DNA from: Candidatus Latescibacterota bacterium
GTDB taxonomy: Bacteria > Latescibacterota > UBA2968 > UBA8231
NCBI GenBank assembly: GCA_965243025.1
Contig: CBDETY010000003.1
Span: forward strand, 6,400,001 to 6,464,000
Length of the DNA stretch: 64,000 nt
Direction: 5' to 3'
Shown: one piece after another, positions 29,677 through 39,653 of the stretch
How positions within the stretch are numbered: position 1 is the first letter of the stretch
How the letters are laid out: every line of letters starts with the position of its first letter
Notes under the pieces: model-generated
What the model saw: the letters and a program-made list of their open reading frames with translations, nothing else
Database searches by the model: none
What the model was told of the DNA's origin: nothing
Program-made: the position numbers and the translations under genes

Positions 29677-31950
29677 ATGCCGAACCCCGCTGACGAGCTG
29701 TTCTTCGAGAAGATCTCCCACTACGACCGGCCGCAGGAGCCGGTAACCTTCGGGATACCCTTTTCCCGCGGAACCCTGTCCCGGGTCGAGCAGTTCGCCC
29801 TGTACGACGGCCCGGCGGAAATCTGTTGCCAGAAGTCGGCGACCGGGCGCTGGGACGACGGCAGCATCCGCTGGCTGCTCGTGCACTGCCTGCTGGATCT
29901 GCCCGGGGGCAGCGGCAAGTCGTTCCGCTTCGCCATCGAGGACGGGGCGCGCGAGCAACCTGCTCCTCCAGCGGCCGTGACCGTCGTCGACGCCGGGCGG
30001 GAAGTCGTTTTCAACACAGGTCCGCTGCAACTTGCCCTCGGCAGGCCGGGGACGGACCTCATCAGGTCGGTCACCCTGCACGGCGAGCCGCCGTGGGACG
30101 AGGTTTCCTGGCCCGGGTTCAGCGTGGTCGACGGGCAGGGGACGGCCTTTGCGACGGCCGCGGACGACGCGGCGCAGGTCGAGATCGAGGAGCGGGGGCC
30201 GCTGCGCGCGGAGGTCTGCATTTCCGGCACCCACCGCAGCGGCGCGGACGGCTTCCTGGACTACGTCATCCGCATCCACGCCTGGGCCGGCAAGCCCTGG
30301 GTCGCGCTGCAGTACCAGTTCATCAACCGGGAGGAGCCCCCGCGGGTCGCGGTCCGGGAGGTCCACCTCAAGGGCCGGCTGGCGGGGGCCGGCCCCGTGA
30401 AGCTGACCTCCGGGGAGGGGCACTACCGAACCAACAAGGTGGTCGGCGAACGCGAGGTCGATCTCGGCGTCGACACCGCGAAGATCCTGCGCGATGCGTC
30501 CGAACATCAGGACGAGTGCTTCTTCGGCGACTTCTGGGTCGACTGGAACGGGCCGCGCGGCGGCGCGACCCTCACCATCCGCCAGGCGCAGCAGAACTTC
30601 CCGAAGCGGCTGCGCGCCGCCCCGGACGCGCTGGAGGCGTTCCTGTACCCGCCCGGCGGGGACGACCTGGTCCTGCACCAGGGGGTGGCCAAGACCCACG
30701 AGCTGCTGTTCCACTTCCATCCGGCCGATCTCGGCGTGGAGGAGATCTCCCGCCGCAGCCTGCAGTTCCAGCTCCCCGATCATCCCGCCCTGGCCAGCGA
30801 CTGGTACCGCGATGCCGGCGTCTGGGAGGACGTCTTCTCCGGCCGCCGCTACGGCCGCCTGGAGGCGCTGATCTGCGACGTGATCGACACCCGGCCGGTC
30901 GGGCTGGGCATCCTTTGCTTCGGCGACGAGGGCACCTACGGCTACACCTGGCAGGGCCGCGGCGGCGGCAAGGTGGTGTGGCTCAACGGCGAGTACGACA
31001 TCCCGCACCTGATGTTCCTGCAGTACGCCCGCACCGGCGCCAGGCGCTTCTTCGAGACCGGCCGCGCCACCGCCCAGCACTGGGTGGACGTCGACTTCTG
31101 CCACCACAGCCCCGATCCGCTGCAGCGCGGCGGGCTGAGGATGCACAGCGCCGACCACGTCACCGCCGGCGTCAACGTCTCGCACCAGTGGGTGGAGGGG
31201 TTCTTCGACTACTACCACCTGACCGGAAAGCGCGAAGCCTTTGACGCCGCCATCGCCGTCGGCGAGAACTACCTGCGCCACATCGCGGCCGAGCAGTACC
31301 GGGAGGTGGGCAGGTACCAGGCCCGGGACCTCGGCTGGATGCTCAAGGCGCTGGTGGTCCTGTACCGCGAGACCGGACAGACGCGCTTCCTGGAGGCCGG
31401 CACCGGCATTGTCGAGCGGTTCGGGGAGTGGCAGCGCTCCATGGGCGGCTTCCTGGCTCCCTACACCGACCACGCGCGGATCCGCGTGCCGTTCATGATC
31501 GCCATCGCGGTCAATGCCCTGAAGGCGTACCATCAGGTGACCGGCGACGATTCGGTGAAGGAGCTGATCCTCGACGAGGTCGACGCCCTGCTGGAGCATG
31601 CGCTGCTGGACAACGGGCTGTTCTACTACAAGGAATTCCCGTCGGTCCAGCACCCGATCTTCAACGGCCTGGCGCTGGAGGCGCTGGCGTACGCCTATCG
31701 CCTGAGCGGCGACCGCGGCTACATCCTGAAGGGCATGCGCACGCTGGAGTCGATCCTGATCAACATGAACTTCCAGCTCCTGGTGTCGCCGGGAGGCAGG
31801 AAGACGGTGGCGGACGGGGCGATCTTCAAGGAGGCCCTGCCGGTTCCTCCGGGCGGGCAGAGCTACGGCACCACGATCGGACCGCTGATCCACTTCCTGG
31901 TGGCCGCGGACGAGCTCGACCTGCTGCGGCCGTTCGACTTCGTGTATTGA
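29677..31950 (+). CDS. YetA/exo-rhamnogalacturonan lyase (PcRGLX)-like protein with (alpha/alpha)6 barrel
   Basis: EPVTFGIPF..G, W.DGSIRWLL, EE.GPLRA, NGEYD, HWVDVD, HQWVEGFFDYYHLTG, R.LGWML. Confidence 0.65.
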   Translation: MPNPADELFFEKISHYDRPQEPVTFGIPFSRGTLSRVEQFALYDGPAEICCQKSATGRWDDGSIRWLLVHCLLDLPGGSGKSFRFAIEDGAREQPAPPAAVTVVDAGREVVFNTGPLQLALGRPGTDLIRSVTLHGEPPWDEVSWPGFSVVDGQGTAFATAADDAAQVEIEERGPLRAEVCISGTHRSGADGFLDYVIRIHAWAGKPWVALQYQFINREEPPRVAVREVHLKGRLAGAGPVKLTSGEGHYRTNKVVGEREVDLGVDTAKILRDASEHQDECFFGDFWVDWNGPRGGATLTIRQAQQNFPKRLRAAPDALEAFLYPPGGDDLVLHQGVAKTHELLFHFHPADLGVEEISRRSLQFQLPDHPALASDWYRDAGVWEDVFSGRRYGRLEALICDVIDTRPVGLGILCFGDEGTYGYTWQGRGGGKVVWLNGEYDIPHLMFLQYARTGARRFFETGRATAQHWVDVDFCHHSPDPLQRGGLRMHSADHVTAGVNVSHQWVEGFFDYYHLTGKREAFDAAIAVGENYLRHIAAEQYREVGRYQARDLGWMLKALVVLYRETGQTRFLEAGTGIVERFGEWQRSMGGFLAPYTDHARIRVPFMIAIAVNALKAYHQVTGDDSVKELILDEVDALLEHALLDNGLFYYKEFPSVQHPIFNGLALEALAYAYRLSGDRGYILKGMRTLESILINMNFQLLVSPGGRKTVADGAIFKEALPVPPGGQSYGTTIGPLIHFLVAADELDLLRPFDFVY

Positions 31951-32100
31951 GCCTCGAGGTGGGCATGGAAACCTTCGTGCGCGCCGGGTCCTGCTGACGA
32001 CCCCGACCCCGCTGTTCATCCCGCTCGTGTCGTTCGCTCGTGAAATTCACCCAGGCGAGTGCCGCAAACCCGCGCATCCAACCGCCGAGGAAAGGTTGAG

Positions 32101-33327
32101 ATGAAGATCACCGGCGTATCGTCAACGCTCTACCAGTTCACCCTGGCCCGCCGCATGGGGGACGCCAACTCACCGATGGGGCGCTCACGCGGCAGCGGTT
32201 GCCTCATCGAGCTGCACACCGATACCGAACTGACTGGCATCGCGCCCGGCGGAACCGGCGCTTTGCCGGTCATCGACTCCCTCGTGGAGGGGATCCTCCT
32301 CGGACAGGACCCCCGGCGCGTCACCGGCCTCTGGCAGCGGATGGTCGACAAACAGTTCAAGGGGGGTCACGACGGCATCGCCAACGACGCCATCTCGGCC
32401 CTCGACATCGCCCTCTGGGACCTCAAGGCCAAGTACAACGACGAGCCCCTCTACAAAACCCTCGGCGGCGCCAGGCAACCCGTCAACGCCTACGCCAGCG
32501 GTCTCGACATGCCCCTGTCCGATGACGAGCTCTTCAGCTTCTACCGCGGCATGGCCGAGAAATACGGCTTCAGGGACGGCAAGCTGAAGGTGGGCCTCGA
32601 TCAGGACCGCGACCTGCGGCGCATCGGCATCATGAAGGACGCCCTCAGCATCGACACGGACGAACCGGGACTCATGGTCGACGCCAACGAATACTGGTCG
32701 CCCAAGCAGGCCATCCGCAAAGTTCGGGAGATGGAAGACCGGTTCGACCTCATGTGGATCGAGGAGCCGGCCCGTCGTTGGGACTTTCTCGGCCTTCGCC
32801 GGATCTGCGACGCCGTCCGCACCCCGGTCTGCGCCGGCGAGAACCTCGACACCCTCGGCGACTTCCTCCCCTATTTCCACAACCGGTCCGCGGACATCAT
32901 CCAGGTCGGCTCGGGAATGACCGGCATCACCTGCGCTCTGCAGATCGCCGACGCCGCTTACGGCTTCAACCTCCCGGTAACGCTGGGCGGGTCGGCAGGC
33001 CATCACCACGCCCACCTCGCAACGGTCATCCCCAACTACGCGACCATCGAAGTCGCCAGCGCCGGATCCGAGGACGGCGTCCTGTTCCACGACATCACCT
33101 TCGAGAACGGCAAGGCGATCCTCGGCGACAAACCCGGTCTCGGCATCGAGATCGACCGCGAAGCCCTCGAAAAGGCCAGCGTAACCAGGATCCCGCCGGG
33201 GACCGGACCCAGCCCCCTGGGAAGGAGACCGGGGGCCGGCCTCTGGGAAGTGCCGCCGACCGAGGAAGAAACCGCCGAAGCCGCAAGAGGTACCGCCGGC
33301 CAGTCCGAAGGACGCCACGCTTACTGA
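32101..33327 (+). CDS. Mandelate racemase/MLE (enolase superfamily) enzyme, paralogue 1
   Basis: AISALDIALWDLKAK, KLKVG, MVDANE, WIEEP, AGEN, PGLGIEID. Confidence 0.92.
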   Translation: MKITGVSSTLYQFTLARRMGDANSPMGRSRGSGCLIELHTDTELTGIAPGGTGALPVIDSLVEGILLGQDPRRVTGLWQRMVDKQFKGGHDGIANDAISALDIALWDLKAKYNDEPLYKTLGGARQPVNAYASGLDMPLSDDELFSFYRGMAEKYGFRDGKLKVGLDQDRDLRRIGIMKDALSIDTDEPGLMVDANEYWSPKQAIRKVREMEDRFDLMWIEEPARRWDFLGLRRICDAVRTPVCAGENLDTLGDFLPYFHNRSADIIQVGSGMTGITCALQIADAAYGFNLPVTLGGSAGHHHAHLATVIPNYATIEVASAGSEDGVLFHDITFENGKAILGDKPGLGIEIDREALEKASVTRIPPGTGPSPLGRRPGAGLWEVPPTEEETAEAARGTAGQSEGRHAY

Positions 33328-33371
33328 GCCGCCGCTTCAGCAGCCGCAAAACACCCGAAGGACCTCCTGAA

Positions 33372-34547
33372 ATGAAAATCACCGGATACCGGGTCGAGAC
33401 CTACGAAATGAAGATGGACCGCCCCATCGGCGACGCCAACGGAGTGGTCGGGGACGACATCGCCGGCGGTTCCATCCTCTGGATCGAGACCGACGAGAAC
33501 ATCGCCGGCGTCGCGCCCGGAGGGAACGCTTCGGTCGGACGCCTCTTCCACCTCATCGAAGGGGAAGACCCGCGCGGCGTCATCGGCCTCTGGCAGCGCA
33601 TGGTCGACTTCGTTTTCAAAGGGGGCAACGAAGGGGAGATGAACGATGCCATCAGCGCCGTCGACACGGCGCTCTGGGACCTGAAAGCCAGGATCGCCGA
33701 CGAACCGCTGTGGCAGACATTCGGAGCCCGGGAAGGCCGCACCAAGGCCTACGCCAGCGGCATCGACCTCTGCCTCGGCGACGATGAAATCTTCGCCTTC
33801 TACCGCCGCATGGCGGAGCGGGGCATCGACTCCGGAAAGCTCAAGGTCGGACTCGACATGAAGGCCGACCTCCGGCGCCTCGGCATCATGAAGGAAGCCC
33901 TGAGCATCGCCAGCGACCGCCCGCGCCTGCTGATCGACAGCAACGAATACTGGTCCGCCAGGGAGGCCATCATCCGCATCCGGCGCATCGAGGAGGAATT
34001 CGACATCACATGGGCGGAGGAGCCTGCCCGGCGCTGGGACTTCGACGGTCTCCGCCAGGTCTCCCGGAACGTGAAAGCCGCCGTCGCCACCGGCGAGAAC
34101 CTCAACCACATCGGCGACTTCTACCCGCTCGTTTCCCGGCAGTCCGCAGATGTCGTCAACGTAACCGGCGGACACAGCGGTTTCACCGGCTGCAGGCAGG
34201 TCGCCAACCTCTGCTACGCGTACGAACTGCCCGTCACCATGATGAACTGCCAAGCCAACTACGCCGCCCACCTCGCCGCCGCCCTGCCGAACCACATGAT
34301 GATGGAGGTGGTAGACCCCGGCCGCGAACACTGCATCGACTTCAACCACACGATCGAAGACGGATTCATCCAGCTCTCCGACGAACCGGGCCTGGGAATC
34401 ACCATCGACGAAGAAGCCCTGGCCCGGCTCCAGGCCGATCCCCCCGAACCCGAACGCCCCCGCCGCAACCCCTTTCCCCGCCGCGAAGGGGCCGGCCGTT
34501 TCGTCGTGCCGCCAACCAGGGAAGAAGCGCCCTGGCTGGTGGACTGA
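33372..34547 (+). CDS. Mandelate racemase/MLE (enolase superfamily) enzyme, paralogue 2
   Basis: AISAVDTALWDLKAR, KLKVG, IDSNE, WAEEP, TGEN, PGLGITID; real start ATG 33372. Confidence 0.92.
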   Translation: MKITGYRVETYEMKMDRPIGDANGVVGDDIAGGSILWIETDENIAGVAPGGNASVGRLFHLIEGEDPRGVIGLWQRMVDFVFKGGNEGEMNDAISAVDTALWDLKARIADEPLWQTFGAREGRTKAYASGIDLCLGDDEIFAFYRRMAERGIDSGKLKVGLDMKADLRRLGIMKEALSIASDRPRLLIDSNEYWSAREAIIRIRRIEEEFDITWAEEPARRWDFDGLRQVSRNVKAAVATGENLNHIGDFYPLVSRQSADVVNVTGGHSGFTGCRQVANLCYAYELPVTMMNCQANYAAHLAAALPNHMMMEVVDPGREHCIDFNHTIEDGFIQLSDEPGLGITIDEEALARLQADPPEPERPRRNPFPRREGAGRFVVPPTREEAPWLVD

Positions 34548-34593
34548 TCCGACGGGGCATGCCGGGTCGAGGCCTGACCGCGGGAAAACCCTT

Positions 34594-35520
34594 GTGATTG
34601 CCTCGCCCCATCGCCGCGGTTCGAGCCCCGCTCTAGCGGAGACTTCCATCAGCGGTTCGATCACATTGCGGGGGATGGCCGACACGGACCTGCCGTTCGC
34701 GGACCGCGTCCGCGGCAGCGCCGGCTGGAACCAGTCTCTTCAGGATTGGCGGCGGCTGCTGCAGCACGACCCCGGCGGCTGTTTCGTCGCCGAGTGGAAC
34801 GGCAGGCCGGCCGGCACGGCGACGACCACGATCTACTCGCAGGACCTCGCGTGGATAGGCATGGTTCTCGTCGATCCCGCCATGCGGCGGCGCGGGATCG
34901 GCACGGCCCTGCTCGCGCGCTGTATCGAGCACCTGCGGCGGTCCGGGGTGGGCTGCATCAAGCTGGACGCCACTCCGATGGGCCGGCAGGTCTATGATCA
35001 GCTCGGGTTCGTCGCGGAATGGAGCCTTTCCCGGTGGGAGACAGCGAAGCTCGCATCCTGTCCGCCGCGGAGCGGCGCGTCAGCCGCTCCAACCCCGGGT
35101 CCGCTGGACCCGGGCGGCATCGGCTGCGTCGAGGATCTCGACGCATCGGCGTTCGGCGCTGGCCGCAACCGGATGCTGTCGATGCTGGCTGAGCAGTCGC
35201 GGGCGCGTGTCCTCGCGGACGGGGCCGGGCGGACGGTCGGGTACGGCATGCTGCGGCCCGGCAGGCGCGCGCACTACCTCGGACCGATGGTCGCTGAAGA
35301 CGAGTCGAGCGGCATCGCCCTGGCCGACGACCTGCTGGGCGGCATTCCCGGCCATCCCCTGTACTGGGACATTCCCGACGCGAATCGAGCGGCGATCGGC
35401 GTCGCTCGCGGTCGCGGAATGCATCGCCAGCGCAGCCTGACGCGGATGTATCTCGGCGAGAACACCCGGCCCGGCAGGCCGGCGTCGCTGTGGGCGATCG
35501 CCGCTCCGGAAATCGGCTAG
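34594..35520 (+). CDS. GNAT N-acetyltransferase (YitH-like two-domain)
   Basis: AGWNQ...DW, AWIGMVLVDP..RRRGIGTALL, LDATPMGR..Y..LGF, HYLGP; start uncertain. Confidence 0.88.
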   Translation: MIASPHRRGSSPALAETSISGSITLRGMADTDLPFADRVRGSAGWNQSLQDWRRLLQHDPGGCFVAEWNGRPAGTATTTIYSQDLAWIGMVLVDPAMRRRGIGTALLARCIEHLRRSGVGCIKLDATPMGRQVYDQLGFVAEWSLSRWETAKLASCPPRSGASAAPTPGPLDPGGIGCVEDLDASAFGAGRNRMLSMLAEQSRARVLADGAGRTVGYGMLRPGRRAHYLGPMVAEDESSGIALADDLLGGIPGHPLYWDIPDANRAAIGVARGRGMHRQRSLTRMYLGENTRPGRPASLWAIAAPEIG

Positions 35521-35615
35521 CCCATGCGCGCGAAATCAAGCGTGCGAACGGCAACCCGGCGGGCCGGGATGAAGCGGCGGCCGCATTCGCGCGGAGTTGC
35601 AGGGACCAGATCGCG

Positions 35616-37232
35616 ATGAGCGCACCGTACGACGGCATCATCCTGGGGACGGGCCACAACGCCCTCGTGCTGCAGGCCTACCTGTCGCGCTGCGGGCTCA
35701 GGACCCTGTCTCTCGAACGATGGGACGTGCCCGGCGGCGGGCTGGCGACGATCGAGAACCCGCGCGTCCCCGGAGTGATGCACAATCCGCACTCGTTCTA
35801 CCACCGCGCCCTGAACCGGATGCCGTGGTACGACGACCTGGAGCTGGCCGCCCGCGGCGTCCGCTACATCGAGCCGGAGCTGAACGTGGCGCTGCTGACC
35901 GGCGAGGGGCGCAGCCTCAAGTGGTGGACGGATTTCGAGCGCACCCGGGCGTCGTTCCACGAGTGGTCGCCGGCCGATGGGGACGCGCTCGCGAGACTGG
36001 TCGACGAGTTCCGTCCGATCGTCGAGCACATCCTGGTCCCGGAGTCGCGGTCACCGCCCCTGGAGCCGTCGCTGCGGCGGCGCATTCTGGGGCAGTCGAG
36101 CATGGGCCGCCGCCTGCTGGAGGTGTCCGCCCTTTCTCCCCTGGAATTCGTCACCCGCAACTTCTCGCACAACGTGGTCCGGGCGGGCCTGCTGTTCTTC
36201 AACGGATTGCGGGAGGTCGACCTGCGCATGAAGGGGTTCGGGCATTCGATTCCGGCACTGCTGGCGTCCCCGGGCAAGGCGCAGATGTGCGCCGGGGGAT
36301 CCGCCCGGCTCGCCCGCGGCCTCGTGGAGGACATCGAAGCGCACGGGGGCGAGATCCGCTGCGGCGCGCGTATCCAGCGGATGCTCGTCAGCCACGGCAG
36401 GGTCGGTGAGGTGGAGCTGGATGACGGCGAGCGGCTGCAGGCGGCGCGCTTCGTGGCCTCGGGCCTCAATCCCCAGCAGACGTTCCTGCAACTGCTGGCC
36501 GAAGCGGATGCCGGTCCCGCCCTGAGAAGGAGCGCGCGGGGCTTCCGCTACAACGCGGTCGCGCCGCTGTTCGGCCTGCACCTGGCCCTGTCGGAACCGC
36601 CCTCCTACAGCGCCGCGGCCGCGGACCCGGAGCTGCGAAACGCCTTCATGGTGATTCTCGGCCTGGAGCGTTTCGACCAGTTTCACGACATCGTCGATGC
36701 CCACGTGCGCGGCCGGATTCCGCCGACCGTGGCCTGGGGATCGTGCCACACCCAGTTCGATCCCAGCCAGGCCGGGCAGGGCAGGCACGCGGCGTTCCTG
36801 TGGGAGAAGGTCCCCTACCACCTGGGCGGGGACGCGTCCAACTGGAAGGCGCAACGCGACGCGCACGGCGAACGGCTGCTCCGGTTCTGGCGGGGATACG
36901 CGCCGAACCTCCGTGACGACGCGATCCTCGACCGGTTTGCGCTCAGTCCGTCGGACACCGTCGACCGGCTGCCGAACATGTCGCAGGGGGACCTGCTGGT
37001 CGGCTCGTTCGCCAACAACCAGGTGGGCTACAACCGCCCGTTCCCGGGAGCCGGCTGCTATCGCACCCCGCTGGAGGGTCTGTACCTGTGCGGCGGCTCC
37101 ACGCATCCGGGGGGGAACGTGACCGGGCTGTGCGGCTACAACGCCGCCTCGGTGATCGCCGCGGACCTCGGAGTCGGGCGGTGGTGGAATCCACCGGACC
37201 TTATGGAAGAACTGGCTGGTCTGCGCGGGTAG
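35616..37232 (+). CDS. Phytoene dehydrogenase-like FAD-dependent oxidoreductase
   Basis: YDGIILGTGHNALV..AYL, ER...PGGG, YRTPLEGLYLCGGSTHPGGNVTG..GYNAA. Confidence 0.9.
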   Translation: MSAPYDGIILGTGHNALVLQAYLSRCGLRTLSLERWDVPGGGLATIENPRVPGVMHNPHSFYHRALNRMPWYDDLELAARGVRYIEPELNVALLTGEGRSLKWWTDFERTRASFHEWSPADGDALARLVDEFRPIVEHILVPESRSPPLEPSLRRRILGQSSMGRRLLEVSALSPLEFVTRNFSHNVVRAGLLFFNGLREVDLRMKGFGHSIPALLASPGKAQMCAGGSARLARGLVEDIEAHGGEIRCGARIQRMLVSHGRVGEVELDDGERLQAARFVASGLNPQQTFLQLLAEADAGPALRRSARGFRYNAVAPLFGLHLALSEPPSYSAAAADPELRNAFMVILGLERFDQFHDIVDAHVRGRIPPTVAWGSCHTQFDPSQAGQGRHAAFLWEKVPYHLGGDASNWKAQRDAHGERLLRFWRGYAPNLRDDAILDRFALSPSDTVDRLPNMSQGDLLVGSFANNQVGYNRPFPGAGCYRTPLEGLYLCGGSTHPGGNVTGLCGYNAASVIAADLGVGRWWNPPDLMEELAGLRG

Positions 37233-37273
37233 TGCCCTGCGCTCGTTACCAGGCGTACGAACGAGGGCGCGAA

Positions 37274-37353
37274 GCGCCCGGCTCGCAAGGCGCCTGAGCC
37301 AGTGTCTCGTCGCAGAGATAGATTGGCATAATCGGGATGCCGAGGCGCCCGGC
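37274..37353 (+). repeat. Direct repeat C, left copy (about 71-nt unit, circularly permuted)
   Basis: 37298-37353 matches 39482-39537 (48/56); 37274-37299 matches 39529-39554. Confidence 0.85.
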
Positions 37354-37444
37354 GCGAGCCGCTCCTGGCGCCATGGGCTCTCTGCGCCGCCGCCGATCCG
37401 GTCCTTCATCTGCAAGGGCTGCCGGCGCCCGTCTAACCGGTCGT

Positions 37445-39256
37445 CTACCCGTTGGTCTGGTAATAGCGCGGATCGCCGCTCCGGTCGCCGACCCATTTGA
37501 AGTTCAGGACGCGGAAGTAGTCGTCCCCCTTGCCGCCTTCCCGCCAATCGTTCAATGCTTCCCGGTGTCCGAGCCGTTTCATCATCGCCCATTCGGAGAT
37601 TCGGAACACGCGGGCATAAGTGTCCCACAAGGTGAGGCCGTCACATCCCAGTTCAAACAAAGTCTGCGCGGAGTACAGGGAGGCGGCCGGCGCCTGACGG
37701 CGGGGATAGAGATCCGGGTACAATTTCACTGGTGTGTCCTTGACCAGTTCCACCATGGGTCGAATCCATTCTGCGGCGTTCATCGCAAAAGTCGGGTGGG
37801 GCATCAGGTAGTCTACCAGGCCCTCTCTCACCAGGGTCTCGACATCGACCCCCCATGCCATGTTGCTCTGCATGACCTCGCTGAGATTGTATTTCCCGGC
37901 GCCCCCTGCGACCTCGGGCCTGGAAGCCGGATCGACTCCCGGTGCCCGAAGGGGGCTTTCCATCGTCGAGGTGACGTTGTAGGCGATTTCGAGTTTCACC
38001 CCCCTTTTGCGGCCGACCGCATCGACAGCCGCCCTGAGCTCGCGGGCGAACCGGGTGACAAAGGTGGACAACACCCCCCAGAAACGCGGGTCGTCGTCCG
38101 GGCACTCGCGCGGGTCTTCTCCGTATTCCTCGCGAAACCGCTGAATAACCGGATCCTCGTAAAACACAAAGGGCTGGGAGCGGCAGAAAATCACGTGAAC
38201 CCCGTCAAAGCCGTATTCCAGCGCCTCGCACAGGAGAGAGATCCACAGATGCCGGACTTCGGGGAAAGCGAGGCTGAGATGCGCTATCCCTCTACCCTGC
38301 TTGTCCTTGCAACGAAATTCCGGGTGCTGTTCATGGAAACTCCCTTTCTCCATTTCCAGCGGCAACGCTTTCGGCCCGTTGAAACGGAGACTTGGGAAGA
38401 TGCGTATGCCAAGATCGTGAGCGGCCTGCACAACCTCGGTCATGAAGTCGATGCCCTGTTTCTCCAACTTTCCAAGCGTCCGGTCCCAGCGTTCGTAAGC
38501 GGCAAAGCGGTCAAAGGGATTGTCGCTGTCATTCAGTGTGCGGCCGATACGGCTGCGATAGGTGCAGTTTTCCCCCTTGAAGGTCGCCCACAGCATGATG
38601 TCCACGTCGCTGTCCCGGTACGGCTCGAGCTGCGCCCGGATGTCCTCCTTCGTGCGAAGGTCGGAGAAAATACCGGCATCGTTCATCGCGATCAGGCGCC
38701 TGGTATCCTTCCGGGGCAGCTCCCGGCGGTATTCCTCCACTTCCGCCTCTGAAAGGGGTACGAGACGCAGATGTACCAAGCTGCTGTACATCTTGTCGTA
38801 GCTGCTGTCGCGGCCGCTTTCGTTGAAACGACTGATGACGAGGTCAACCCCGGTGAGGTCGGCAACCTTCCAGAAAGCCTCGGAAACCTGGTAATCCGAG
38901 AACGCCTTTGTCGTGTGGCTCCACCCCAATTCCGGCGGGATGCCGTTGAGGTCCTTCCCGTTCTGCGTCTCTGCTCTCACAAGGGTGTACGCCGGGTCAC
39001 CAGTCAAACGGAGGCGCACGTGAACGTCCCCGAACTGGCCGGGGTAATGGACGCCCACATGAATCGCGTGGAAACCCTCACGGTTCAAGGGCAATGTCAA
39101 CGGTCCTGAATCCATGCCCGGGCCGGAATAAACCATCGTGCCGGGGAATTCTTCGGTCTCGTAGTCGATCAGCCGCCAGGTGCCGTGCCGGTAGTCCCGG
39201 TCGAGACGGTGGGCTGGCTGACACCGACTCAGATCTGAAACAATCACATCTTTCAT
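37445..39256 (-). CDS. GHL10-like glycoside hydrolase with N-terminal beta domain
   Basis: LIAMNDA, AHDLGIRIFPSLRF, EQHPEFRC, HLSLAFPEVR, YGFDGVHVIF.R, DGLTLWD; start ATG 39256. Confidence 0.78.
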   Translation of the reverse strand: MKDVIVSDLSRCQPAHRLDRDYRHGTWRLIDYETEEFPGTMVYSGPGMDSGPLTLPLNREGFHAIHVGVHYPGQFGDVHVRLRLTGDPAYTLVRAETQNGKDLNGIPPELGWSHTTKAFSDYQVSEAFWKVADLTGVDLVISRFNESGRDSSYDKMYSSLVHLRLVPLSEAEVEEYRRELPRKDTRRLIAMNDAGIFSDLRTKEDIRAQLEPYRDSDVDIMLWATFKGENCTYRSRIGRTLNDSDNPFDRFAAYERWDRTLGKLEKQGIDFMTEVVQAAHDLGIRIFPSLRFNGPKALPLEMEKGSFHEQHPEFRCKDKQGRGIAHLSLAFPEVRHLWISLLCEALEYGFDGVHVIFCRSQPFVFYEDPVIQRFREEYGEDPRECPDDDPRFWGVLSTFVTRFARELRAAVDAVGRKRGVKLEIAYNVTSTMESPLRAPGVDPASRPEVAGGAGKYNLSEVMQSNMAWGVDVETLVREGLVDYLMPHPTFAMNAAEWIRPMVELVKDTPVKLYPDLYPRRQAPAASLYSAQTLFELGCDGLTLWDTYARVFRISEWAMMKRLGHREALNDWREGGKGDDYFRVLNFKWVGDRSGDPRYYQTNG

Positions 39257-39481
39257 TTCAGGGTCCTTCTTCTGGAAAGGATGGCAATGAAGGGCGGAAT
39301 CCCTTGACGGTCGAATCGGCAGCTGACTTGTGAAGCCGGATCGTGGCCGACGCCTCGAAGCCGAAGGGAGGCAGCAGCCGGCGGGCCCGTGAAGGCGGAT
39401 TCCGCCGGGAGACCTGCCGTGGACGAGGCGAGGAATTTCCTGGTGTTGAAAGGGGGGAAGGGCGTGCCGCCACCCCCGCTC

Positions 39482-39554
39482 GCCAGTGTCCCGTCGAAGA
39501 GATAGATCGACGAAACCGGGATGCCGGGGCGCCCGGCTCACAAGGCGCCTGAGC
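39482..39554 (+). repeat. Direct repeat C, right copy
   Basis: See 37274-37353; the two copies bracket the GHL10-like gene. Confidence 0.85.
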
Positions 39555-39653
39555 GAGTCCTGTCGGGGGTGAAGCTGTCGGGATCCTCTCCCGGGACTGA
39601 GTGCGAGCCGGCAAGCCTGGGCGCGGTGTCTCCAGTCCTGCCCCCGGCAGGCG

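Noticed and set aside
29566-31980. 10-bp ACCTTCGTGC on both sides of the YetA-like gene
   Set aside because: Too short to distinguish from chance.
28252-32019. 1255-aa minus-strand ORF (and similar long antisense ORFs such as 15719..17695, 48822..50879, 59675..61780)
   Set aside because: Shadow frames of well-supported genes on the opposite strand; expected in high-GC DNA, no motifs.
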